From NCBI GenBank assembly GCA_963789445.1, contig CAWBKS010000001.1, positions 1,947,846 to 2,011,845 on the forward strand: a stretch of 64,000 nt of DNA. Reading direction: 5' to 3'. Origin of the DNA: an uncultured Actinomycetes bacterium. GTDB taxonomy: Bacteria; Actinomycetota; JAICYB01. The position numbers and the translations under genes are program-made. The notes below the pieces were generated by a model, which saw only the letters and a list, made by a program, of their open reading frames with translations, was not told where the DNA came from and did not search any database. The first letter of the stretch is position 1. Each line of letters starts with the position of its first letter. This document shows, in pieces, positions 20,953-31,350 of the stretch.

Positions 20953-22093
20953 CGCGGCATCTTCAGGCCGGCGGTGGCGATGATCATGCGCTGGATCTCG
21001 TTCACGCCGCCGCCGAAGGTCAGGATCACGGCTGATCGATAGGCCTGCTCCAGAACCCCGTTGAGGACGGCACCGGCCGACCCACGGCGGATGCCCCCTT
21101 CTCGCCCGAGAACCTCGAGCATCAATCGGTAGGCTTCGATGTACATCTCGGTTCCATAGACCTTCTGCGCCGACGCGTCGGCCGGATTCAACGCCTCGTC
21201 CTGAAGTCCGGCCGCTACTCGCCAGTTGAAGAGTTTCAACGCCTCGATCAACGCGTCGACACGAGCCAGGTTGAGCTGCACCCACGGCACGCGGATCACG
21301 CCTTCCTCGCGCGCCCAGTCGAGGACGTCTTCCCAGATCTTGCGCACCCAGCCCGTCGTCGCCAGTGCGACGCGTTCGTGGTTGAGCTGGTTGGTTATGA
21401 GCGACCAGCCCTGGTTCTCCTCGCCGACGAGCATGTTGGCCGGGTATGCGGACGTCCTCGTAATAGGTCGCCGTCGTCTGCGAGTCCGGCGAGCGTCGTG
21501 ATCGGCGTGGCTTTGAAGCCCGGTGTCTGCGTGTCCATGAGAAGGATCGAGATGCCCTTGTGCTTCGGCGCGTCGGGATCGGTGCGAGCGGCCAGCCAGA
21601 CCCACTCGCATTCGTCGGCGCCCGACGTGAAGATCTTGCTGCCGTTGACGACATACTCGTCGCCTTCGCGCACCGCGCGTGTGCGTAGCGCAGCAAGGTC
21701 GGTGCCGGCTTCCGGCTCGCTGTAACCGATCGCGAAGTCGAGGTCGCCCGCCAGGATCTTGGGCAGGAAGTAATCCTTCTGTTCGTCCGAGCCGTACTTC
21801 ATCAGCGTTGGGCCGACGGTGTTCAGCGCGATCACCGGCATCGGCACGCGAGCCCGCTCGGCCTCCTCGAAGAAGATCAGCTGCTCGATCGGGCCGCGTC
21901 CTTGCCCGCCGTACTCGACCGGCCAGCCGACGCCCAGCCACCCGTCGTCGCCGAGCCGCTTGCAAACGGCTCGATAGTCGGGAGCTCGCGGCTCGTTCCA
22001 CGCCGTCTTGCCGTGGGTGCGCGGGATCGACTCGAAGTAGGTGCGCAATTCGTCGCGCAGCGCAAGTTGTTCCGGGGTGAGGTCGATGTGCAT
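20949..22093 (-). CDS. Acyl-CoA dehydrogenase, ChsE2/FadE29-like (frameshifted)
   Basis: MHIDLTPEQ, AIGYSEPEAGTDLA, ITNQLNHER, LTFGGGVNEIQR. Confidence 0.8.
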
Positions 22094-22096
22094 GCG

Positions 22097-22119
22097 ATAT
22101 CTGACGGTCCGTCAGATAT
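22097..22119. promoter_or_regulatory. Perfect palindromic operator (CTGAC-N5-GTCAG core)
   Basis: ATATCTGACGG-T-CCGTCAGATAT, 3 nt upstream of the operon start codon. Confidence 0.65.
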
Positions 22120-22139
22120 GGAGTCTACGGCTTGGACGG

Positions 22140-22847
22140 CTAGGCGCTTCCGGCCAGGTCGGCCAGAAGCTCGGCGACCTGTTCGGGATGCGAGTGCTGG
22201 GGGCAATGATCCGACGGCCACTCGACGTAGTCCGTCGCCCTCGACTTGGCCCACTCGAGCTGAGCCTCGGGACGCAATGAATGGTCCTCGGTGCAAACGA
22301 CGTACGTCGACGGGATCGATCGCCAGGCCGCGCCTCTGACCGATCCGTCCATCCCCTTCAGTGACATCGGCTTTCCTGCGTTCTGGAGGAAGAAATCCAC
22401 CGATTCCGGGGGAGCTTGCTGCAGAGAGAACTTCACGTCCGCAACCGGATCGAGGTCGACGAGTCCGTCGTCGCGAAAAGTCAGCAACGCGTTCATCTCG
22501 GGATTCGGTGCTTCGGTTGCAATCTGCATCAACGACTCCTCCGGTGATGGCATGAAGGCGGCGATGTAGACGAGACGCCGGACCGCGGGGTGCTGATCGG
22601 CGGCTTCGGTGATGACCAATCCACCGTAGGAGTTGGCGGCGAGAACGATGGGTCCGTCTATTTCATCGACGACCTTGCGGACGTGAGCCGCATCGTCGTG
22701 GAAGTCCACGGTCGGCGCGGTTGCGTTGCAACTCGGTAGGTCTACGGCAACGCTCGAGACGCCTCGCTCATCGAGCCCAGCGATCACATCGCGCCAAGTC
22801 CAGGAGCCGGCCCACGCGCCGTGCACCAGCACGACCATTGCGGTCAT
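22140..22847 (-). CDS. Alpha/beta fold hydrolase
   Basis: VLVHGAW, ANSYGG nucleophile elbow, YVVCTED, SDHCP. Confidence 0.85.
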   Translation of the reverse strand: MTAMVVLVHGAWAGSWTWRDVIAGLDERGVSSVAVDLPSCNATAPTVDFHDDAAHVRKVVDEIDGPIVLAANSYGGLVITEAADQHPAVRRLVYIAAFMPSPEESLMQIATEAPNPEMNALLTFRDDGLVDLDPVADVKFSLQQAPPESVDFFLQNAGKPMSLKGMDGSVRGAAWRSIPSTYVVCTEDHSLRPEAQLEWAKSRATDYVEWPSDHCPQHSHPEQVAELLADLAGSA

Positions 22848-22884
22848 TTCGCCCTCTCCGTCCTCACACATATATAACAACCAA

Positions 22885-23880
22885 GTGAAGCTCGGCCTCA
22901 TGATCGGCTATTGGACGGCACAACCACCGCCCAACCTCGTCGGCCTCGCTCAGCTCGCGGAGTCCGCCGGATACGACTCCGTTTGGACGGCCGAAGCGTA
23001 CGGCTCGGACGCGATCTCGCCCTTGTGCTGGATCGGCGCACATACGTCGACGATCAAGCTGGGAACGGGGCTCATACAGATCGCCGGACGAACGCCGACC
23101 TCCGTGGCGATGACGGCGGCGACCATCGATCACCTGTCGAACGGACGCTTGATCCTCGGCCTCGGCGTTTCCGGCCCCCAAGTGGCCGAGGGCTGGTACG
23201 GCACGCCGTTCCCCAAACCGTTGGAACGCACCAAGGAGTACGTCGAGATCATCCGGAAGGTCCTTCGCCGCGACGGACCGGTCACCAACGACGGACCTCA
23301 CTATCCCCTCCCCTATCCCGGCGGAACCGGCCTGGGAAAACCGCTGAAGCTGACCGTCCATCCGCTGCGCAACGAGATACCGATCTACCTGGGAGCCGAA
23401 GGGCCGAAGAACGTGAAGCAAACGACAGAGATCGCCGACGGCTGGCTTCCGATCTTCTACTCGCCCCTCCGAAACGATATGTACGAGGGGATCACGTTCA
23501 AGCCCGGTTTCGAGGTTGCGTGCCCGGTGACGATGATGGTCACCGACGACGTCGAAGCCGCGCTCGGGTTCATCAAGATGTCGCTCTCCTTCTACATCGG
23601 CGGGATGGGGGCCAAGGACCGCAACTTCCATCTAGACGTTGTCTCGCGGATGGGATTCGAAGGTGAGGCACGCAAGGTGCAAGAGCTATTCATGGACGGC
23701 AAGCGGGACGAAGCCGTGCAAGCGGTTCCCGACGCGCTGGCAGATGAGATCTCATTGGTCGGTTCTAGGGAACGTATCCGCGATCGCCTGGCGGCCTGGG
23801 AAGAGAGTCCCGTCACGACACTCTTGGTAGGCGCGCGCGACGAGGAAACGGTGAAGCTTCTGCCGGAGCTGGTCGGATAG
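22885..23880 (+). CDS. LLM class F420-dependent oxidoreductase (Rv3520c-like)
   Basis: WTAEAYGSD, LGLGVSGPQVAEGWYG, YLGAEGPKNV, YIGGMGAK. Confidence 0.85.
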   Translation: MKLGLMIGYWTAQPPPNLVGLAQLAESAGYDSVWTAEAYGSDAISPLCWIGAHTSTIKLGTGLIQIAGRTPTSVAMTAATIDHLSNGRLILGLGVSGPQVAEGWYGTPFPKPLERTKEYVEIIRKVLRRDGPVTNDGPHYPLPYPGGTGLGKPLKLTVHPLRNEIPIYLGAEGPKNVKQTTEIADGWLPIFYSPLRNDMYEGITFKPGFEVACPVTMMVTDDVEAALGFIKMSLSFYIGGMGAKDRNFHLDVVSRMGFEGEARKVQELFMDGKRDEAVQAVPDALADEISLVGSRERIRDRLAAWEESPVTTLLVGARDEETVKLLPELVG

Positions 23881-23887
23881 AAGGCGG

Positions 23888-25096
23888 CTAGTTCGCGCGG
23901 GGGCCGAGCTTTACCGGAAGGCTCTTGATCCCCCGGATGAAGTTCGAGCGCAAACGCTCTTCGTTCCCGGCCTTCTCGATCTTGGGATAGCGGCGCAGCA
24001 ACTCGTCGAAGAGCATGCGGATCTCCTGACGCGCAAGGCTCGCTCCCAAGCAGAAGTGTGGTCCGCCGCCGCCGAAAGCCAGGTGCGCATTCGGCGCACG
24101 GTCGGCGATGAACCGGTCGGGGTCCGGGAAGATGTCCGCGTCCCGGTTCGCCGCCACGTACCACATGCACACTTTCTCGCCTTCGGCTATCCGCTGACCG
24201 CGGATCTCCGTGTCCTGTGTCGCCGTGCGCTCGAAGTGCATAACCGACGTCGTCATGCGCAACATCTCCTCGACGGCGGGAACTATGAGCGACGGGTCCT
24301 CCTGCAGACGCTTCCTCTCGTCGGGATGGTCGAAGAGGAGAAGCATGGCGCCGGAGATCAGGTTCCGAGTCGTCTCGTTGCCGGCGATCACCAACAGCAT
24401 GCAGAAGATCAGGAAGTCGAGCTCGTCGAACTTCTCGCCGTCCAGCTCGGCTTGTAGCAGGACACTCACGAGATCGTCGCCCGGATTCTTGGCGCGCTCG
24501 GTGGCGAGAGACTTGAAGTAGTTGAACATGTCCATCTGAGCCTGGGCGGGCCCCGAGTCTTCGTCGCGCGCACCGGCCGGGTTGTAGTCGGGATCGGCGT
24601 TGCCGACCATGATGTCGCCGAGGTCCTTGAGGTGTTTCGCATCCTCGCGCGGCGTCCCGAGCATCTCGATGATCACGCGCAAGGGGAGCTCGGCGGAGAT
24701 CTTGTCGACGAAGTCGATCTCATCTGAGTCGCCGATCTCGTCGAAGACCAGATTCGTCACTTCGCGCGTATGCGGCTCGAGGTCGCGCACCAACCGCGCA
24801 GTGAATCCCTTCTCCACCAATGAACGAAGCTTCTTGTGCCGAGGGTTGTCCATCGACAGCATCGAGCCCTCGGGCTCGAGGCCGATGATCGTCCCCAGGC
24901 CCGAGCTGAAGATCTCGGGATTCTTCGAGACGTGAACGACGTCTTCATACTTCGTCAGCGCCCAGAAGGTGTCTTGCATGCCGGCGTTGTAGTAAACGGG
25001 CGCTTCGCGTTGCAACCGTCTGAAGACGGCGAGCGGATCACCCTTCTGAAAGAGCTCAGGGTCGGTGAGATCTACATCGGTTGCTGTGCGCGCCAT
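23888..25096 (-). CDS. Cytochrome P450 (CYP125/CYP142-like, steroid C27 oxidase neighbourhood)
   Basis: AGNETT I-helix, EEMLR, FGGGGPHFCLG heme motif. Confidence 0.9.
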   Translation of the reverse strand: MARTATDVDLTDPELFQKGDPLAVFRRLQREAPVYYNAGMQDTFWALTKYEDVVHVSKNPEIFSSGLGTIIGLEPEGSMLSMDNPRHKKLRSLVEKGFTARLVRDLEPHTREVTNLVFDEIGDSDEIDFVDKISAELPLRVIIEMLGTPREDAKHLKDLGDIMVGNADPDYNPAGARDEDSGPAQAQMDMFNYFKSLATERAKNPGDDLVSVLLQAELDGEKFDELDFLIFCMLLVIAGNETTRNLISGAMLLLFDHPDERKRLQEDPSLIVPAVEEMLRMTTSVMHFERTATQDTEIRGQRIAEGEKVCMWYVAANRDADIFPDPDRFIADRAPNAHLAFGGGGPHFCLGASLARQEIRMLFDELLRRYPKIEKAGNEERLRSNFIRGIKSLPVKLGPRAN

Positions 25097-25227
25097 AGTT
25101 TTCAATCGGTCGCCGGAGTGGCGGGACCATAGTCTCAGCCGGTAGGTGCGCTGACAAACCACAGAACAAATCCTTGTTCCGCATGTGGAACAGTCATGAC
25201 GTCGGGCACCTGTGCCACGCTGCACCG

Positions 25228-26064
25228 ATGGACGTTGTGTTGCTCGGCACCGGCACCCCGCTTCCGGACCCGGATCGTGCAGGTCCGGCTTCACTCGTCC
25301 GAGCAGCCGGACGCAACTTCCTAGTCGACTGCGGCCGTGGCGTTCTTATGCGATTGGCCGGTGCCGGAATAAGGAACCCGAACTTCTTGGAAGCGGTGTT
25401 CATCACTCACCTGCATTCCGATCACACCTGCGACTTCAACGAGGTATTGACGATGTGGTGGGCCGCCGGTCCCACCGATGTTCCGCTGAAGGTCGTCGGT
25501 CCGGTCGGTACCCGCGACTGGGTCGATCGGACGTTGGCGATGATGGCGGACGACATCAAGTTCCGCATGGACCACCATGCCGACCTAACCTGGCGGCCGC
25601 GCTGCGACGTGACCGAGGTTGAAGACGGAAGGGCTTACGACGTCGACGGCTTGCGAGTAACCGCAGCTCTAGAGGACCACGGCCCGGTCAAGCCGGCACT
25701 CGGGTTCCGTTTCGAGCACGGCGGCGCCGCAGCGGTGCTGGCCGGCGACACCAAGCCGTGCGACGGTTTGGATCGTCTGTGCGACGGCGCCGATGCGTAC
25801 GTTCAAACCGTCCTGCGTCCGGAGTTGGTGAAGGCGCTCGTAGAGTCGATGCATGTGAAGCGGCTCATTGACATCCTCGATTACCACTCGTCCGTCGAAG
25901 ACGCTGCGAACACCGCGAAACGCGCGGGCGTGGGCACGTTAGTCCTGACCCATATGCTGCCGTTCTGCCCGGCGGGAACCGAGCGGGAATGGGAAGATCA
26001 AGCGCGGGCGAACTTCGACGGTGACGTCGTGATTGGCCCCGACCTAACTTCCGTCACTGTGTGA
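25228..26064 (+). CDS. MBL-fold hydrolase, RNase Z/AtsA-like
   Basis: LLGTGTP, LVDCG, THLHSDH, DHGPV, GDT, YHSS, LTH. Confidence 0.8.
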   Translation: MDVVLLGTGTPLPDPDRAGPASLVRAAGRNFLVDCGRGVLMRLAGAGIRNPNFLEAVFITHLHSDHTCDFNEVLTMWWAAGPTDVPLKVVGPVGTRDWVDRTLAMMADDIKFRMDHHADLTWRPRCDVTEVEDGRAYDVDGLRVTAALEDHGPVKPALGFRFEHGGAAAVLAGDTKPCDGLDRLCDGADAYVQTVLRPELVKALVESMHVKRLIDILDYHSSVEDAANTAKRAGVGTLVLTHMLPFCPAGTEREWEDQARANFDGDVVIGPDLTSVTV

Positions 26065-26084
26065 TGCGCTAGGGTTTTCGTCCG

Positions 26085-27250
26085 ATGGATTTCGAGCTTC
26101 CCGACGAGCATCCGGCCCGCACCGCAGTTCGCGATTGGCTCGCGGAGCACCCGACACCGACACCGCGCGAACTCGCCGACGCCGGCTACGTCGTCCCGCA
26201 CTGGCCGAAGCCTTGGGGGCTCGATGCGGACCCGATCGAGCAGCTGCTCATCTCCGACGAGCTGAAGCGCGCCGGCATCAGCCGTCCGATCAACCCGATC
26301 GGCATCGGACACTGCGGACCGATCCTCGTCATTCACGGCACGGACGAGCAGAAGCAGCGCTACATCCCGCCCATGCTTTCGGCGGAGGAGATCTGGTGCC
26401 AGCTCTTCTCCGAACCGGGGGCCGGCTCCGACCTCGCCGGTGTGTCGACGCGCGTCGAGACGAACCTCCGACGGCTGGGTCGTCAACGGACAGAAGGTCT
26501 GGACGTCGCTCGCGCACGACGCGGCCTTCGGGATCCTTCTCGCGCGAACGAACCCGGACGTCCCCAAGCACCAGGGGCTGAGCTACTTCCTCATCGACAT
26601 GAAGACGCCCGGCGTCGAGGTCCGTCCGCTCGTCGAGATGACCGGCGATCACCTCTTCAACGAGGTGTTCTTCACCGACGTGCACATCCCTGCCGACGCG
26701 CTCATCGGTGAGGAAGGCAACGGCTGGGCAATGGCGCGCGACACGCTCGACAACGAGCGCGTGACGCTTTCCCGCGCCGGCCTGCAATGGGGATGGGGAC
26801 CGACGGCAGAAGATCTCGTCGAGGTCGCGCGCGAGCGCGGCGGGGTACCCGATCCCGTTCTGCGCATGCGACTCGTCGACGCATACATCGAGCACGAGAT
26901 CATCCGTATCCACGGGCTGCGCATGGTTGCGGCGGCGGTTTCCGGACGGCCCGGCCCGGAAGCGTCGCTTCGCAAGGCCTTGAGCGACCCGCACGGACAG
27001 AAGACATTCATCCTCTCGAAAGACCTCGCCGGCGCGCAGGGCATGCTGCATGAACAGCGGCCCCCTGGGCACGAACCCGGAGTGGTGGGCGCGCGGATTC
27101 CTCTTCGCGCCGGCACTCACCGTCGGCGGCGGGACCTCCGAAGTGCTCCGCAACGTCATCGCCGAACGGATGCTCGGTCTTCCGCGCGAGCGCGAAGAAG
27201 ACGCCGACAAGCCTTGGGCGGAGACGCGCAAAGCCAAAGCTCGTGCCTGA
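26085..27250 (+). CDS. Acyl-CoA dehydrogenase (frameshifted)
   Basis: WCQLFSEPGAGSDLA, NGQKVWTS, FNEVFF, TVGGGTSEVLRNVIAERMLGLP. Confidence 0.8.
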
Positions 27251-28055
27251 GCCCAGCCGTCCTGTACGAAGTCGACGGGCACGTCGCAACCGTCACCTTC
27301 AACCGTCCGGACGCGCGCAACGCCGTCAATCCCGAAGTCATCGTCCGGCTCGCCGATGCGTGGGACGCGATCGACGGCGACGACAACGTCCGCGTCGCGA
27401 TCCTCACCGGCGCCGGCGGGCACTTCTGCGCGGGGGCCGACCTGGACAAGCTCGTCGGCAAGCTAATGGCCGGCGGTGAGCCCGCCGACGAGTTCGAAGC
27501 CCGGATCCAAGAGGACTACTCGATCATCTACAAGGGCTTCCTGCGCAACCATCGGCTCGCCAAGCCTCTGATCGCAGCGATCGAAGGGTTCTGCCTCGCC
27601 GGCGGCGGCGAGCTGTCTGCAGTCCTGCGACATCCGCGTCGCCGGCGAGAGCGCCGAGCTCGGCATCACCGAGGCCAAGTGGGGGCTCTTCCCGATCGCC
27701 GGATCGACCGTGCGTCTCAAGCGGCAGATCCCGTACACGAAGGCGATGGAGATGCTGCTGACGGCCGGACGCTACCCGGCACGCGAAGCGCTGATCGTTC
27801 GGACTTATCGGACACGTAGTGCCGGACGGCGAGGCGCTAAAGAAGGCCCGGGAGCTCGCGGATCAGGTCGCCGAGAACGGTCCGCTCGCGGTGCGCAAGA
27901 TCAAGCAATCCGTCGTCGAGACGGCGTGGCTCCCAGAGGAGCAAGCCCTCGACCGCGAGCTCGAGCTCGGCATGGAAGTGATGATGTCGAAGGACGCGCG
28001 CGAAGGTCCGCGCGCTTTCAAAGAGAAGCGGAAACCGAACTTCACGGGGACATGA
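27247..28055 (+). CDS. Enoyl-CoA hydratase, EchA19-like (frameshifted)
   Basis: [41 protein letters not shown]; start uncertain. Confidence 0.8.
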
Positions 28056-28071
28056 AGCGGGAGGTAACGAA

Positions 28072-29632
28072 GTGAGCAACGGACCCACTCTCGGGTTCTG
28101 GGCCTATGCGGCCGAGAACAGGGACAAGCTGTGCATCGTCGATCCGGACGGCACCGAGCACACTTTCGGCGAAGTGCTCGACCGCGTTCACCAGTACACG
28201 CACGGTCTGCGGGCGCTCGGCGTCAAGGCCGGTGATGGCATAGCGACGATCCTTCCCAACGAGCACACGCTCATAGAGCTCTACATGGCGGCACTGCAGA
28301 TCGGGCGTGTACTTCACGCCGGTCAACTGGCACCTCGTCGCTCGAGAGATCGAGTACATCCTCAAGGACTCGGACGCCAAGGTCGTAGTGGGAAGCGAGC
28401 GATTCGCCGAAGCCGTGAAGAAGGCGTGTGACGCCGCCGGTGTGCCGGCAGCAGTACGCTTCGCTTCCGGGAAGATCGAAGGGTTCCGCGATATCAGCGA
28501 GCTCGCGGCGGGTCAGCCGACCACGCGTCCGGACGATCTAGTGGCCGGCCAGGCGATGATGTACACGTCCGGGACAACAGGGAATCCGAAGGGCGTGCGG
28601 CGAAAGATGGCCGGAGCCCATCCGGACGAGGCCGGTGCTGCGATGGCGTTCTTCCCTTTGATGTTCGACTTCAGCCCTGGTGAAGGCGTGCACCTGACAG
28701 TCGGGCCGCTCTATCACGCGGCGCAGATCATGTTCGCGACGTCGTCGCTGCATCTCGGTCACACCGACGTCCTGATGGACAAATGGACGCCCGAGGGAAC
28801 GCTCGAGCGCGTCGAGAAGTACAAGGTGACAACGTCGCACCTCGTCCCGACGATGTTCCATCGGTTGCTCGCCCTTCCGGAGGAGGAGCGGAACAAGTAC
28901 GACGTCTCCAGCTGGACAAACGTCGTGCACGCCGCGGCGCCGTGTCCCGTTCCGACGAAACAGGCGATGTTCGACTGGTGGGGGCCGGTTATCTACGAGT
29001 ACTACGCGGCCACAGAAGGCGGCGGCACGACCGTGAAGCCGGACGAGTGGCTGAAGAAACCCGGCACGGTCGGTCAGCCGTGGCCAACAGCCGAGATCAA
29101 GATCCTCGACGACGACGGCAACGAGCAGCCTCCGAACGTTCCGGGCACCGTGTGGATCAAGCCTCCCGGCGCAGCCGCGTTCGAATACCACAAGGACAAG
29201 AAGAAGACCTCCGACAGCTGGAAGGACGGCTTCTTCACCGTCGGCGACATCGGTTACGTCGACGAAGACGGGTGGCTGTTCCTGTCGGACCGGAAGGTCG
29301 ACATGATCATCTCGGGCGGCGTGAACATCTACCCGGCCGAGATCGAGAACGTCTTGCTCCAACACCCGTCGGTCGCCGACGTCGGTGTTATCGGCGTCCC
29401 GAACGACGACTGGGGCGAGGAAGTCAAAGCGCTCATCGAGCTCAACACCGGTTACGAAAGTTCAGATGAGCTGATCGCCGAGCTCGGTGAGTACTGCCGG
29501 GAGAACTTCGCCGGCTACAAGGTTCCGCGGTCGATCGAGTTCCGCGAGCATCTTCCGCGAACAGATACCGGCAAGCTTCTCAAGCGGGAGCTGCGCGAGC
29601 CCTACTGGGCCGGCAAGGAACGCCAGATCTAG
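28072..29632 (+). CDS. Acyl-CoA synthetase (frameshift near 28305)
   Basis: [45 protein letters not shown]. Confidence 0.85.
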
Positions 29633-30888
29633 GACGCTTCGGCCGCGAGCACCTCTTCGGGAACTACGGGTTCGGTGACAGCGCCTCGGTCGCGCCGCCG
29701 ACGGGACATCAGAACGGCACCGACGATCAGGGCCGCGATAAGGCTCGTCACACCTCCGAGGCCGAGCCCGACTCGCGGCGACCAGGTCTCCGACACCCAA
29801 CCCAGGAATGGACCACCTATCGGTGTGCTGCCTAGAAGCACGAGGAAAAACAACGCCATAGAGCGGCCACGCATCTCGGGAGCCGAGCTCAGCTGCACAG
29901 TGCTGTTGGCGACGACGATGAAAAGGAACCCGGCCAAGCCGACGACGAGCAGGGCGAAGTAGGCCGTTTGAAGGCCGGGAGCAAAAGCAGCAACGATCTC
30001 GAGCGCGCCGAAGGCTCCCGCCGCTCCCACGAGCAACTTACGGGTCGGCTTCTTCAGCGTCGCGGCGTACATGGCTCCTACCAAGGACCCGATGGCCATC
30101 ACCGCGGTCAAGTTCCCGAAGGTAGTCGCGTCGCCGTGATAGGTGAACTTGGCGAGCAACGGAAGCACGATCTGGAAGTTCAGCCCGAGGCTGGAGACGA
30201 TGCCGACGAGCACGATCGGGAGCAGCACGTCGGGCTCCGATCTCACGTAACGCAAGCCCGCTCGTATCTGACCTTTCTCCTTACCGACGGGCTTAGTTCT
30301 CCGCAGCTCGGCTTCCCGCATCAACCACAGAGCCACGAGCACTCCGAGGAAGCTGAACGCATTCACGAAGAAGCAGGCGGCGATAGACACCGTCGCGATC
30401 ACGAGCCCGGCCGCCGCCGAACCGACGGTACGGGCGACGTTGAATACCGCGCTGTTCAGGCTTACGGCATTCATCACGTCGTCCTCCGGGACCATCTCGG
30501 AGACGAAGGCCTGACGTGCCGGCACATCGATGACCTGGATGAGGCCGTACAGCAACGCGAATCCGTAGACCATCCACAGCTCGATGTGTCCCGACGCCGT
30601 AAGCGTTGCGAGCGCAAGGGCTTCTATAAGAAAGAGCGACTGAGTGACGAGCAGGATGCGTCGTTTGTTGAGCCTGTCCGCTATCAGTCCACCCCAAACA
30701 CCTAGGAAAAGAGTTGGTCCGAACTGCAGCGCGGTTGCAAAGCCGACGGCTACGCCACTGTTGCTCAGCTTCAGGACGAGCCAGGACTGTCCGATGATCT
30801 GCATCCAGGTGCCGAACAGCGAGATGAGCTGGCCACCGAAGAACAGCCGGTAGTTGCGAGTTCGCAGAGCGCGGAAGGCGTTCTTCAT
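29629..30888 (-). CDS. MFS transporter
   Basis: RNYRLFFGGQLISLFGTWMQ, GLIADRLNKRR motif A, 12 TM. Confidence 0.9.
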   Translation of the reverse strand: MKNAFRALRTRNYRLFFGGQLISLFGTWMQIIGQSWLVLKLSNSGVAVGFATALQFGPTLFLGVWGGLIADRLNKRRILLVTQSLFLIEALALATLTASGHIELWMVYGFALLYGLIQVIDVPARQAFVSEMVPEDDVMNAVSLNSAVFNVARTVGSAAAGLVIATVSIAACFFVNAFSFLGVLVALWLMREAELRRTKPVGKEKGQIRAGLRYVRSEPDVLLPIVLVGIVSSLGLNFQIVLPLLAKFTYHGDATTFGNLTAVMAIGSLVGAMYAATLKKPTRKLLVGAAGAFGALEIVAAFAPGLQTAYFALLVVGLAGFLFIVVANSTVQLSSAPEMRGRSMALFFLVLLGSTPIGGPFLGWVSETWSPRVGLGLGGVTSLIAALIVGAVLMSRRRRDRGAVTEPVVPEEVLAAEAS

Positions 30889-31313
30889 TGATCGCCCATC
30901 CGGTCGAGGATCTCGACGGCCTCCGTTAGAAGTGCGCGCTCCTCCGGCGTGAGTTCCGCAAGCCGGTGGTTGAGCCAGGCCTCCCTGCGTTTCTGGTACT
31001 CCTCGTGCTCCGCCCGGCCCTTGGCCGTGGCCTCAACGCGCACTACGCGCGCGTCTTCAGTGGACGGCACGCGACTGACCAGCCCGCGCTCAACGAGTGA
31101 GCTGACGATCTTGGTCATCGAGGGAGGCCGAACGCGTTCTGCGTCCGCGAGAGCACCCAGGGTCATCGGGCCGTCCCGGTAGAGGGTGGCAAGCGTCGTG
31201 AGCTGGGACGGGGTCGCGTCCTCCCGGCTCCCCTCCTGGCGAAGCCGGCGAGCCAGCCGCGCGACGGATACCCGCAGGCGGGAGGCCAGTTGGCTCTTGG
31301 TCAAGGTCGCCAT
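30885..31313 (-). CDS. MarR family transcriptional regulator
   Basis: RLARRLR, LADAERVRPPSMTKIV, winged helix. Confidence 0.9.
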   Translation of the reverse strand: MATLTKSQLASRLRVSVARLARRLRQEGSREDATPSQLTTLATLYRDGPMTLGALADAERVRPPSMTKIVSSLVERGLVSRVPSTEDARVVRVEATAKGRAEHEEYQKRREAWLNHRLAELTPEERALLTEAVEILDRMGDQ

Positions 31314-31317
31314 ATCG

Positions 31318-31346
31318 TTAGCATAGCAAACATTTAGCTGTGCTAA
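31318..31346. promoter_or_regulatory. Tandem MarR operator palindromes
   Basis: TTAGCATAGCAAA (31318) and TTAGCTGTGCTAA (31334) immediately 5' of marR. Confidence 0.6.
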
Positions 31347-31350
31347 GGAT

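Noticed and set aside
19537-21696. 719-aa DUF35-ACAD fusion ORF
   Set aside because: A frameshift near 20585 joins separate genes; a TGATG stop/start overlap is present at 20545-20549
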